Assembly: GCA_027294455.1 (NCBI GenBank)
Contig: JAPULZ010000109.1
Span: forward strand, 13,259 to 77,258
DNA from: Gemmatimonadota bacterium
Lineage (GTDB): Bacteria; Gemmatimonadota; Gemmatimonadetes; Gemmatimonadales; GWC2-71-9
Direction: 5' to 3'
Length of the DNA stretch: 64,000 bases
Every line of letters starts with the position of its first letter. Within the stretch, counting starts at the first letter, position 1. The translations under genes and the position numbers were made by a program. The notes beneath the pieces are model-generated. The model was not told the origin of the DNA, did not search any database, and saw only the letters and a program-made list of their open reading frames with translations. Positions 40,169-51,279 of the stretch are shown piece by piece.

Positions 40169-40530
40169 AATCGCGCGGACATCACCGCCCGGAGCGGGTC
40201 GCCACCATGGTTCAACAGTTGCTGGCCCAAGCCCTGACGACGCGCATCAAGGATCCCCGCGTGGGGTTCGTGACACTCACGGGCGTGACCGTGACATCGG
40301 ACCTGTCTCACGCGACCGTGCGCGTGAGTGTCATGGGCACCGACGAGGAGCAGGCGGAAGCCATGGCCGGTCTCGAACACGCCCGCGGATTTCTCCGCTC
40401 CCTCCTGGCCCGCGCCGTCGACCTGCGCATCACGCCGGAGCTCCACTTCGTGATCGATCGGGGCCTCGAACATGCGAGCCGCATCGATGCCCTCCTCGCC
40501 GACATCAAGCGCGCCGAGTCCGAATCCTGA
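40165..40530 (+). CDS. rbfA: ribosome-binding factor A
   Basis: ATG at 40165 (ATGA overlap). R..RV....Q..LA..L...IKDPRVGFVT.T.V.VT.DL..A.V..S... Confidence 0.9.
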   Translation: MKSRGHHRPERVATMVQQLLAQALTTRIKDPRVGFVTLTGVTVTSDLSHATVRVSVMGTDEEQAEAMAGLEHARGFLRSLLARAVDLRITPELHFVIDRGLEHASRIDALLADIKRAESES

Positions 40531-40541
40531 GCGACGGATTT

Positions 40542-41378
40542 TTGCTGGTCGACAAGCCAGCAGGCCCCACGTCCCACGATGTCGTGGACGTCGTGCGACG
40601 GGCGATCGGTGTGCGCCGCGTGGGACACACAGGCACCCTGGATCCCTTCGCCTCGGGGCTTCTGGTCATGGTGGTGGGACGCGCCACCCGGCTGGCACGC
40701 TACCTCGTGCACCAACGCAAACGCTACACCGGTATCGTCCGGCTCGGCACCACTACCGATTCCGACGACCGGACCGGGGAGGTCACCGCAACTTCCGAGG
40801 CGTGGACTGGGTTGACGCAGGACGACGTCCACCGGGCCATGGCCGCCCTGGTGGGAGCCGGGCGGCAGCGCCCGCCGGCGTTCTCGGCCAAGAAGATCGG
40901 CGGCCGGCGTGCCTATGAGCTGGCCCGGGCCGGCCAAGCCATCCCGCTCGCCGACGTGGAGGTGGAAATCCTCTCCTTTTCCTTCACCTCCATGGACGGA
41001 CCGGACGTGGGATTCGACGTCCTGGTGAGCGGAGGCACGTACATCAGGTCGCTCGCCCGGGACCTGGGGACCCGCCTCGGCTGCGGAGCCCATCTCGCCG
41101 AGCTGCGCCGGACGGAGCTGGGGAGGTTCGCCGTGCGCGACGCATGCCCGGCGGATGCCGTGGTGCCCCGCGCCGTTCGCCCACCCCGGGAGCTGGTGCA
41201 GCATCTGGATGCGGTGGCCGTGGGAGAGGCCGAGCGCGACCTGCTGCGCCACGGGCGCGCCATCACGGTGGAGGCCACCCTGTCGGGCACCGTGGCGATT
41301 ACCAGCGGGGAGGAGCTGCTCGCCATCGCCGAAGCCCACGGTCACGAGCTCACCCCTCGCGTGGTGCTCGCCACATGA
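40542..41378 (+). CDS. truB: tRNA pseudouridine-55 synthase; start uncertain within 40530-40545
   Basis: LLVDKPAGPTSHDVV......(V)GHTGTLDPFASGLLV...G.ATRL is the TruB catalytic-Asp motif. Confidence 0.92.
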   Translation: MLVDKPAGPTSHDVVDVVRRAIGVRRVGHTGTLDPFASGLLVMVVGRATRLARYLVHQRKRYTGIVRLGTTTDSDDRTGEVTATSEAWTGLTQDDVHRAMAALVGAGRQRPPAFSAKKIGGRRAYELARAGQAIPLADVEVEILSFSFTSMDGPDVGFDVLVSGGTYIRSLARDLGTRLGCGAHLAELRRTELGRFAVRDACPADAVVPRAVRPPRELVQHLDAVAVGEAERDLLRHGRAITVEATLSGTVAITSGEELLAIAEAHGHELTPRVVLAT

Positions 41379-42319
41379 GTACTCGCGAGCCCGGTTCAGT
41401 GGTCACCGTGGGCACCTTCGACGGCATCCATCTGGGCCACTGGGCGATCCTGCGGGAGATCGTCTGCCGCGCCCGGCGGGACCACAGGCGCAGCGTGCTG
41501 GTCACGTTCGAGCCCCACCCGCTGGAAGTCGTCAATCCCGAGGCCGCGCCCCGCTTGCTCACGGTGGGCGACGAGCGCCGGGAGATCCTCGCCCAGGCGG
41601 AGGTGGACCTGCTCGTTTTCCTACCTTTTACCAAGGCCCTTTCTCACTACTCGCCCGAGATGTTCGTGCGTTTTCTCATCGATCGGTTCCACATGCAAGA
41701 GCTCGTGATCGGTCACGATCACGGATTCGGCCGGGGCCGATCGGGAGACGAGACGCTGCTGCGTCGACTGGGGAAGGAGCAGGGATTCACGGTCGACGTG
41801 ATCGGTGCGGTGACCGCCAAAGGCCATCCGGCCTCCTCGACCCTGGTGCGCCGCGCCGTGGCCGGCGGCGATCTCGCCACGGCCGCCGAGCTCCTGGGAC
41901 GCCCGTATTCCATCACGGCACCGGTGATCCATGGTGCGAATCGCGGCAAGGAGATCGGCTATCCAACCATCAATCTGTCCCTCGCCAATCCTAGGAAGCT
42001 GCTCCCGCCGGACGGCGTATACGCGGTGAGAGCGGAATGGCGGAACGGGGCGTCCGGGGGGATGATGCATCAAGGCCCGAGGCCCACGTTCGGCGAGGCC
42101 AACCGGAGCCTCGAGGTGCACCTGTTCGGCGTGGACGCCGATCTATATGGCATGCCGGTCAAGATCTCCTGGGACACCCGCCTGCGGGACATCGAGGATT
42201 TTCCCAGCGTGGAGGCCCTGAAGGCGCAGCTAGACCAGGACTTGGCGGCTGCGAAACGCGCGTTGACAGGCCCCAACGGGCCAGCTAGTTATCACAGTTC
42301 TCCAGCTTCTGACTGTTAG
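41375..42319 (+). CDS. ribF: bifunctional riboflavin kinase / FMN adenylyltransferase
   Basis: ATG at 41375 (ATGA overlap). TVGTFDGIHLGH..I........V.TFEPHP; C-terminal G...GR.IGYPT.N.......P.DGVYA... Confidence 0.92.
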   Translation: MSTREPGSVVTVGTFDGIHLGHWAILREIVCRARRDHRRSVLVTFEPHPLEVVNPEAAPRLLTVGDERREILAQAEVDLLVFLPFTKALSHYSPEMFVRFLIDRFHMQELVIGHDHGFGRGRSGDETLLRRLGKEQGFTVDVIGAVTAKGHPASSTLVRRAVAGGDLATAAELLGRPYSITAPVIHGANRGKEIGYPTINLSLANPRKLLPPDGVYAVRAEWRNGASGGMMHQGPRPTFGEANRSLEVHLFGVDADLYGMPVKISWDTRLRDIEDFPSVEALKAQLDQDLAAAKRALTGPNGPASYHSSPASDC

Positions 42320-42321
42320 CC

Positions 42322-43977
42322 ATGACTTCAATACGCAATCGATTGTTCATCATCCTCTTCCTCGTCGTGACCGCGGTGTGGGGCCTGAGGCCGCACCAGG
42401 TCACGGTGGGGACGACGGAGGACGGGGCCGATTCGACCGAGTGGCAGTGGGGATTGAAGCTCGGGCTCGACCTCCAGGGCGGGATGCACCTCGCCGTGGA
42501 GATCGACCAGAGTGGGGGCCCCATTTCCAACCCCGAGGATGCCCTCGACCGAGCGGAAACGGTCATCCGGAGCCGCATCGACGAGTTTGGCGTGGCCGAG
42601 CCCCTGATCCAGAAGGCGGGCAACGACCGGCTCATCATCGAGCTTCCGGGCATCGACGACCCGGCCCGGGCCAAGGAGATCGTGGAGCGGTCGGCATTCC
42701 TCGAGTTTCGGATTACCGACATGCAGGAGCAATTCCGATCGGCGCTCGAGCGGATCGACGCGGCATTGCGCCGCGCCGGCGTGACGGGAATCGACACGGC
42801 CTTCACCGCACCCGCTACCGGTCTGACCGCGCTTCAGCAGCTGATCGGTGCCGCTGATTCGACGGCGCAGGGAACCGATTCCATCGGCGGGGATTCGACG
42901 ACTACCCAAGAAGTCGGACCGGCGGTCTTCAGTCGTTTCCTGAACGCGGGCCCGGGCCAGGTGCCCGGCGAATTCCTGGTTGCCGAGGAGAACTTCGACC
43001 AGGTGGATCGCCTGATACAGCACCCGGAGTTTCAACGGGCGATGCCGAGGGGCTTGGACGTCCTTTGGGGTCTCCAACCCATGTCGATCAACGGACGGCC
43101 GTATCGTGGCCTGTACGCGGTCAACGCCCGTCCCATCATCACCGGTGAGCATCTCTCCGACGCCCAGGCACAACTCGATCCGATTTACAACAGCGCCGTG
43201 GTCAATTTCCAGTTGACCCGCGGCGGCGGCCGCATCTTTGGCCGCGAAACCGCACAGCACGTGGGGGATTACATGGCCATTGTCCTGGACCGGCGGGTCC
43301 AGGGACAGCCGCCGATCATCCGGAGTCAAATCACGCGGCGCGGACAGATCGAGCTCGGGAACACGAGCATCCAGGATGCGCAGGACCTCGCGCTGGTGTT
43401 GCGGGCCGGAGCGTTGCCCGCACCCATCATCATCGTGGAGGAACGCACCGTTGGAGCGAGCCTCGGCGAAGATTCCATTCGTCAGGGACGGCTCGCCGGC
43501 ACGGTCGCCATCTTGCTGGTCGTCCTCATCATCTCCGTGTATTACCGCATGGCCGGTCTCGTGGCAGTTGCCGCGTTGACGTTCTACGTCCTGTTCACCC
43601 TGGGGGGACTGGCGAGCATCGGCGCGACGCTGACACTGCCGGGCATGGCCGGCTTCGTGCTGTCCCTCGGGCTCGCGGTGGATGCCAACGTACTGATCTT
43701 CGAACGAATACGAGAAGAACTTGCGCTGAACCGCTCTCCGCGTATCGCCGTGGAGTCCGGCTTCGACCACGCCATGCCGGCCATCATCGACGGTAACCTG
43801 ACGACCGTGATCACGGCGGCCTTCCTGTTCCAGTTCGGTACCGGACCGGTCAAAGGCTTTGCGATCACGCTCATCATCGGCATCATTGCCTCGCTGCTCA
43901 CGGCGGTGTTCGTGACGAAAACCCTCTTCCTTATCTGGCTGCAGCGCCGATCGGCCACAGCGGAGCTGTCCATCTGA
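42322..43977 (+). CDS. secD: protein translocase subunit SecD
   Basis: 551 aa. LGLDLQGG.H........... and the C-terminal 6-TM block with PG.AGF.LS.G.AVDANVLIFERIREE. Confidence 0.93.
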   Translation: MTSIRNRLFIILFLVVTAVWGLRPHQVTVGTTEDGADSTEWQWGLKLGLDLQGGMHLAVEIDQSGGPISNPEDALDRAETVIRSRIDEFGVAEPLIQKAGNDRLIIELPGIDDPARAKEIVERSAFLEFRITDMQEQFRSALERIDAALRRAGVTGIDTAFTAPATGLTALQQLIGAADSTAQGTDSIGGDSTTTQEVGPAVFSRFLNAGPGQVPGEFLVAEENFDQVDRLIQHPEFQRAMPRGLDVLWGLQPMSINGRPYRGLYAVNARPIITGEHLSDAQAQLDPIYNSAVVNFQLTRGGGRIFGRETAQHVGDYMAIVLDRRVQGQPPIIRSQITRRGQIELGNTSIQDAQDLALVLRAGALPAPIIIVEERTVGASLGEDSIRQGRLAGTVAILLVVLIISVYYRMAGLVAVAALTFYVLFTLGGLASIGATLTLPGMAGFVLSLGLAVDANVLIFERIREELALNRSPRIAVESGFDHAMPAIIDGNLTTVITAAFLFQFGTGPVKGFAITLIIGIIASLLTAVFVTKTLFLIWLQRRSATAELSI

Positions 43978-44966
43978 TGTTGCGTTTCTTCGACAAGGCC
44001 CACTACGACTTTCTCAGCACGCGCAAGAGGTCGATCGCCATCGCGGCGGCGTTCATGTTACCCGGATTGCTCCTGCTGATGGTGCGCGGTGTGAACCAGA
44101 GCATCGAATTCACAGGAGGTACGCTCATCGAATTGCAGGGATTGGCGCCGGAAATCGAAACCGCATCTCTGCGATCCGCCTTGAATGCCGCCGGCATTTC
44201 CAATCCCGAAGTCACCACCTTTGGTTCGCCGAACGAGTTCGTGATCCGTGCGCGCCTCGATCCACGTGCGGAAGTCAACGAAGAATCGACGCAAGCCACC
44301 CGGGCGGCCATCGACAGCGTCTTGCAGAGCAATTTCGGCGCCGATGCCTACACCATCGTGCGCACCGAGGCCATCGGGCCCAAAGTGGGCGGCGAGCTGC
44401 GCCGGAAGGCGGTGTTGGCGATCCTCATGGGCTTCGGCGCCATCTTTCTCTACCTCTCCGTGCGCATGGAGTGGCGGTTCGGCATCGCCGCCGTCGTCGC
44501 CACGATCCACGACATCTTCAGCGCGCTGGCCTTCGTGTCGTATCTGAACCTCGAGGTGACGCTGGCCGTGGCCACGGCGCTACTGTTCATCGTCGGCTAC
44601 TCGGTGAACGATACGATCGTCACGTTCGACCGCGTGCGGGAGAATCTCCGCAAGTACCGGCGCGCCAACCTCTTCGAGATCCTCAACAAGAGCATCAACG
44701 AAACGCTGCCCCGCACGGTGCTCACGTCGGTCACGACCCTCGGCGCCACCATGTCCTGGGTGCTGCTGGGCGGCGAGGTGCTGCGAGGCTTCGCCCTCGT
44801 CATGACGTTCGGCATCTTTACGGGGACCTTTTCGTCGATCTTCATCGCGTCGCCTGTGTTGTTCGCCATCGAGCAGAGGTGGCCCGGCGAGGACGCGCGG
44901 GGCGTCAAGACCCTCCAGGGCGGGCCAACCGTCGTGCGGTCGGAAACGAAAAAGGCCGTCGGCTAA
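43977..44966 (+). CDS. secF: protein translocase subunit SecF
   Basis: 329 aa, 1-nt overlap with secD. G.EFTGGT........ and GYS.NDTIV.FDR.REN. Confidence 0.93.
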   Translation: MLRFFDKAHYDFLSTRKRSIAIAAAFMLPGLLLLMVRGVNQSIEFTGGTLIELQGLAPEIETASLRSALNAAGISNPEVTTFGSPNEFVIRARLDPRAEVNEESTQATRAAIDSVLQSNFGADAYTIVRTEAIGPKVGGELRRKAVLAILMGFGAIFLYLSVRMEWRFGIAAVVATIHDIFSALAFVSYLNLEVTLAVATALLFIVGYSVNDTIVTFDRVRENLRKYRRANLFEILNKSINETLPRTVLTSVTTLGATMSWVLLGGEVLRGFALVMTFGIFTGTFSSIFIASPVLFAIEQRWPGEDARGVKTLQGGPTVVRSETKKAVG

Positions 44967-44976
44967 GCCTGGGCAA

Positions 44977-45750
44977 GTGCTGGTCGACACACACTGCCAC
45001 CTCGGCGCCGAACAATTCGACTCCGACCGCTCCGATGTGGTGCGGCGCGCACGCGAAGCGGCCGTCCGTCACATCGTCGTGGTGGCCGACTCCGAGCCAG
45101 CGACCAGACGAGCCATCGCGCTGGCTCGGGAACTCAACCTCTCGGCCACGGCGGGCGTACATCCTCACGAAGCGTCATCCTGGAACCCACGGGTGGCGGC
45201 GGCCATCGAGGCGGCCCTCGGCGACAGGCAAGTCGTCGCGGTCGGGGAGACTGGACTCGACTATCACTACGACCACTCGCCGCGGAACGCACAACGGTCG
45301 GCGTTTGCCGCGCAGCTCCAACTCGGAGCCCGGTTGGGACTGCCCGTGGTCGTCCATTCACGTTCCGCCGACGACGACATGAGCGCCATGCTGCGCGATA
45401 CCGATGCGATATACATCCTGCATTCGTTCAGCTCGGGCCCCGACGTGCTCGCGGCCGCGCTGGCCGCCAATGCCTACGTCTCCTTCAGCGGTATGGTGAC
45501 GTTCAAATCGTGGAAAGACGACGACGCAGTCCGCGCCGTGCCGGCCGACCGCCTGCTCATCGAGACCGACGCCCCGTACCTTGCTCCAACGCCACACCGG
45601 GGCAAGCGGAATGAACCGGCCTACCTGCGCGAAGTCGCGCTCAAGATCGCGGAGCTCCGCGACGAGGACCCGGACGAGATAACCACCAAAACGACGCGAA
45701 ACGCGGCAGCGTGTTTCGGCAACCGGATCACCGAGCACACCTCACCATGA
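44977..45750 (+). CDS. TatD-family metal-dependent hydrolase
   Basis: 257 aa. LVDTHCHL....F..D......A...GV......GVHPH.....GE.GLDY.Y..S.R..Q...F..Q......LP.V.HSR.A..D......ETD.PYL.P.P.RG.RNEP. Confidence 0.9.
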   Translation: MLVDTHCHLGAEQFDSDRSDVVRRAREAAVRHIVVVADSEPATRRAIALARELNLSATAGVHPHEASSWNPRVAAAIEAALGDRQVVAVGETGLDYHYDHSPRNAQRSAFAAQLQLGARLGLPVVVHSRSADDDMSAMLRDTDAIYILHSFSSGPDVLAAALAANAYVSFSGMVTFKSWKDDDAVRAVPADRLLIETDAPYLAPTPHRGKRNEPAYLREVALKIAELRDEDPDEITTKTTRNAAACFGNRITEHTSP

Positions 45751-47426
45751 CGATGACAACCGTTCCTTCGGACATCGCGATCGCCCAGGCGGCGACGATG
45801 CGGCCCATCACCGATGTCGCCGCGGACTTGGGCCTAGGTCCCGACGAGATCATCACCTATGGGACCACCAAGGCCAAGATCAAGCTGGACGCCCTCACCG
45901 CGCGGAAGCGGCGGGCACGGCTGGTGTTGGTAACCGGCATCAACCCCACGGCTGCCGGCGAAGGGAAGTCGACCGTGACGGTGGGGGTCTCCCAGGCGTT
46001 GCGCAAGATCGGCCAGAACGTCGTCATGTGCATTCGGGAACCGAGCCTCGGGCCGGTGTTCGGCATCAAGGGCGGGGCCGCCGGCGGCGGCTACGCGCAG
46101 GTCGTGCCCATGGATGAAATCAATTTGCACTTCACCGGGGACTTTCACGCGATCTCCAGCGCGCACAACCTGCTCTCGGCCATGCTGGACAATCATCTCC
46201 ACCAAGGCAACGCCCTCGGCCTCGATCAACGACGGATCACCTGGCCTCGCACCATCGACATGAATGACCGGGCGCTTCGGAGCATCACCGTGGGGCTCGG
46301 CGGACCCTTGGGCGGGGTGCCCCGGGAAGAACGGTTCGTGATCACACCAGCCAGCGAGATCATGGCCATCATCGGCCTGTCCCGGAACATGGAAGACCTC
46401 GAGGAACGCCTGGGCAACATCATCGTGGGGCTCACCCGGGCCCGTCAACCGATTCGCGCCAAGGAGCTCATGGCCCACGGCGCCATGACGCTGCTGCTCA
46501 AGGACGCCCTCCAGCCGAACCTCGTCCAGACCCTCGAGGGCGGGCCGGCCCTCGTGCATTGCGGACCGTTCGGCAACATCGCGCACGGGTGCAACTCCGT
46601 GGTCGCCACCGAGATGGCCTTGCGACTCGGCGACATCGTGGTGACCGAGGCGGGCTTCGGCGCCGACCTGGGCGCCGAGAAATTCTTCAACATCAAGTGC
46701 CGCAACGCCAACCTGAACCCCGAAGCGGCCGTCATCGTAGCCACGGTGCGCGCCCTCAAGCTGCACGGTGGCGCGCCGAAAGACGCGCTCACAGAGCCCG
46801 ACGCGCAAGCCGTGCAACGTGGGTTCTCCAACCTCGCTCGCCACATCGAGAACGTGGGGAAGTTCGGCGTGCCGGTCATCGTCGCGATGAACCGTTTCGT
46901 GACCGATTCCGACGAGGAGCTGGCCGTCGTGCGCAGCGGGTGCGAGGCTCTCGGGGCGCGGGTCGCCCCGTGCAACGTGTGGGAGCAGGGTGGGGACGGG
47001 GGCGTGGAACTGGCCGAGGAGATCCTGAGCGTGCTGGAGAACGAGAAGTCCAGCTTCAAACCGCTGTACGACATCACGCGGCCAATCAAGGAGAAGATCG
47101 AAACCGTCGCGCGCGAGATCTATCGTGCGGAAGGCGTCGACTTCACCGCGACAGCCGCCCGCAAGGCCGACCAGCTCACGGGTTTCGGCTTGGGCGAAAC
47201 ACCGGTATGCATCGCGAAGACCCAGTACTCGTTCAGCGACAACCCGACATTGCTGGCGGCACCCGAAGGATTCCGGATCACGATTCGTGACATGTATCCG
47301 GCAGCCGGTGCCGGGTTCGTCGTCGCCATGGCGGGAGACATCATGACGATGCCCGGACTGGGCAAAACGCCGGCGGCGGAGAGGATGCGGGTCAGGAGCG
47401 ATGGCACGATTGAAGGGTTGTTTTAA
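45747..47426 (+). CDS. fhs: formate-tetrahydrofolate ligase
   Basis: ATG at 45747 (ATGA overlap with tatD). PSDI.IAQ......I...A..LG, LVTGINPT.AGEGK.T, PSLGP.FGIKGGAAGGGY.QV.PM..INLHFTGD.HA. Confidence 0.96.
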   Translation: MTMTTVPSDIAIAQAATMRPITDVAADLGLGPDEIITYGTTKAKIKLDALTARKRRARLVLVTGINPTAAGEGKSTVTVGVSQALRKIGQNVVMCIREPSLGPVFGIKGGAAGGGYAQVVPMDEINLHFTGDFHAISSAHNLLSAMLDNHLHQGNALGLDQRRITWPRTIDMNDRALRSITVGLGGPLGGVPREERFVITPASEIMAIIGLSRNMEDLEERLGNIIVGLTRARQPIRAKELMAHGAMTLLLKDALQPNLVQTLEGGPALVHCGPFGNIAHGCNSVVATEMALRLGDIVVTEAGFGADLGAEKFFNIKCRNANLNPEAAVIVATVRALKLHGGAPKDALTEPDAQAVQRGFSNLARHIENVGKFGVPVIVAMNRFVTDSDEELAVVRSGCEALGARVAPCNVWEQGGDGGVELAEEILSVLENEKSSFKPLYDITRPIKEKIETVAREIYRAEGVDFTATAARKADQLTGFGLGETPVCIAKTQYSFSDNPTLLAAPEGFRITIRDMYPAAGAGFVVAMAGDIMTMPGLGKTPAAERMRVRSDGTIEGLF

Positions 47427-47429
47427 ACT

Positions 47430-47452
47430 GCGATTCTAGAGAATCGCTGTTT
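47430..47452 (+). terminator. short hairpin after fhs (weak terminator candidate)
   Basis: GCGATTC (47430-47436) pairs with GAATCGC (47441-47447) around the tetraloop TAGA, followed by TGTTT. Confidence 0.35.
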
Positions 47453-47481
47453 CAGATTCCGACCAGCAGAAAGGACGCCCC

Positions 47482-47859
47482 GTGAAGCCCGTCTCGACAA
47501 AATCCGCACCCGACGCCATCGGCCCCTACAGCCAGGCAATCATTCACGAGAGCCTGGTGTATTGTTCTGGCCAGGTGGCACTCGATCCAGCCACGATGGA
47601 GGTCGTCGACGGCGGCGTGGTGGCACAGACGGCGCGTGTGTTCCAGAACCTGGCGGCGGTGTTGGAGGCCGCCGGAAGCAGTCTGCAGAACGTGGTCAAG
47701 ACCACCGTATACCTCGCCGACATGGGGGAGTTTCCGCAGATGAATGAGGAATACGCGAAACATTTCGGAGCCCACCGGCCGGCACGGGCCACGGTCGAGG
47801 TGTCGCGTTTACCGAAGGACGTGCGGGTGGAGATTGACGCCATCGCCGTCGTCGGCTAG
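47482..47859 (+). CDS. ridA: RidA/YjgF-family reactive-intermediate deaminase
   Basis: 125 aa. AP.AIGPYSQA.......Y.SGQ...DP..........QT..V..NL.AVLEAAGSSL..VVKTTVYL.DM..F..MN..Y...F....PAR..VEV..LP....VEI. Confidence 0.9.
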   Translation: MKPVSTKSAPDAIGPYSQAIIHESLVYCSGQVALDPATMEVVDGGVVAQTARVFQNLAAVLEAAGSSLQNVVKTTVYLADMGEFPQMNEEYAKHFGAHRPARATVEVSRLPKDVRVEIDAIAVVG

Positions 47860-47889
47860 TTAGCTCCACCATGAGGGCTCGGGCAATTC

Positions 47890-47986
47890 GGGGGCGGATT
47901 TGGCCTGGTGGCTTGCACGGTCTTCAAAACCGCTGGGAGGTGCCTTAGGCGGCTCCGGTGGGTTCGATTCCCACACGTCCCCGCCA
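47890..47986 (+). tRNA. selC: candidate tRNA-Sec (anticodon UCA), 97 nt, CCA encoded
   Basis: Acceptor GGGGGCG(G) 47890-47897 pairs with (A)CGUCCCC 47975-47982, then discriminator G and CCA (47984-47986). T-arm is GUGGG-UUCGAUU-CCCAC (47958-47974). Anticodon loop is C-U-UCA-A-A (47922-47928). Long variable arm at 47936-47956 (9 pairs, one G x G mismatch). D-arm has a 4-nt loop UGGU. Weak point: the anticodon stem has only 4 clean pairs plus an A x C. Confidence 0.7.
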
Positions 47987-48051
47987 TGCCTCGCCCGTAG
48001 CCCGGACTTCGGAGAGAACCCTGGACCCGACTCGCCACGATATGGCCAAGC

Positions 48052-48693
48052 GTGAATCGCCGGTGCCCATCACCGAGCAAGTGGGGCGTCCCGCGCTGGT
48101 GCGGTGGTCGCCGTGAGCGTTCCCGTCATCGCCGTTCTCGCAAAAGGGATTCCCGGACACAGGGGGGACGCGACCTGATCCGGCCGGTCCCTCTCCTCAC
48201 ACTCGGGCTCTTGGCGCTGGGCCCGGGGCTCGTCAGCGCCCAGATTCCCATCCCGCAGCGAACCGGCGAACAGGACACGGTTCAGGTCGATCCCTTCCGG
48301 GAAGCGCCTCCCGTCTCACCCATGGGGGCCTTGTGGAGATCGATGTTGGTGCCGGGATGGGGCCAGGCCCGCCTCAACCGACGAGTCACCGGTGCTTTCT
48401 TCGTCGTCTGGGAGGGCGTCACCCTCACCATGACCATCAAATCCATCCACCAGCTGGACTATCTCCAGACCGTCGAGTCGGAGGACGACATCGAGTCCCA
48501 GGACCGCGTCAGATCCAAGCGAAACGAGATCCAGGACTGGGCCGTCCTCCTCGCCTTCAACCACCTCCTGGCCGGCGTCGAAGCCTTCGTGTCGGCGCAA
48601 CTGTGGGATTTTCCGGAGGAACTCGCCGTCCGGGTATTGCCCCGCGGCGGCGTAGGGCTGAGGGTGGGGCTTCCTATCCCGGCGATACGGTAG
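48052..48693 (+). CDS. hypothetical membrane/envelope protein; start uncertain (GTG 48052 to CTG 48175)
   Basis: Hydrophobic segment LLTLGLLALGPGLVSAQ followed by ...SMLVPGWGQARLN... and a second hydrophobic stretch. G/C-rich third positions. No family assigned with confidence. Confidence 0.5.
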   Translation: MNRRCPSPSKWGVPRWCGGRRERSRHRRSRKRDSRTQGGRDLIRPVPLLTLGLLALGPGLVSAQIPIPQRTGEQDTVQVDPFREAPPVSPMGALWRSMLVPGWGQARLNRRVTGAFFVVWEGVTLTMTIKSIHQLDYLQTVESEDDIESQDRVRSKRNEIQDWAVLLAFNHLLAGVEAFVSAQLWDFPEELAVRVLPRGGVGLRVGLPIPAIR

Positions 48694-48797
48694 CCAGTAG
48701 CTGAGGAACTCTACCCGAGGGGACGGTGGAGAAGGCGGCGGGCGGACTGTCAACAAACGCGCCATTTACAAGCTCGTGAGAAACTTCTAAATTCACT

Positions 48798-48827
48798 CAT
48801 AACAACATCTTATCTTGCCATAACAAC
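48798..48827 (+). repeat. direct repeat CATAACAAC x2, 21-nt period, in the AT-rich region upstream of the kdsB promoter
   Basis: CATAACAAC occurs at 48798-48806 and 48819-48827, and the second copy ends 25 nt upstream of the -35 hexamer. The repeat itself is certain; any function is unknown. Confidence 0.5.
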
Positions 48828-48852
48828 CCCCTTTTCCGCCGCGGCACGACTT

Positions 48853-48881
48853 TTGACACGCCCACCAAAGCTGGGTATGTT
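48853..48881 (+). promoter_or_regulatory. sigma70-like promoter, TTGACA-17 nt-TATGTT, abutting the kdsB start codon
   Basis: -35 TTGACA at 48853-48858 and -10 TATGTT at 48876-48881, with only 5 nt (TGACC) before the ATG at 48887. The ORF-track TTG start (48881) begins on the last base of the -10 hexamer. Confidence 0.5.
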
Positions 48882-48886
48882 TGACC

Positions 48887-51278
<2,392 letters not shown>

Positions 51279-51279
51279 G

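Noticed and set aside
47431-47440. A recurring GATTCTAG octamer (CTAG-containing, so expected to be rare) at 10228-10235, 10717-10724 and 47432-47439, all intergenic.
   Set aside because: There are only three copies, and their contexts and flanks differ (after a stop codon, upstream of a start, inside a hairpin). I cannot compute an expectation here, so I treat it as a possible coincidence of AT-richer intergenic DNA.
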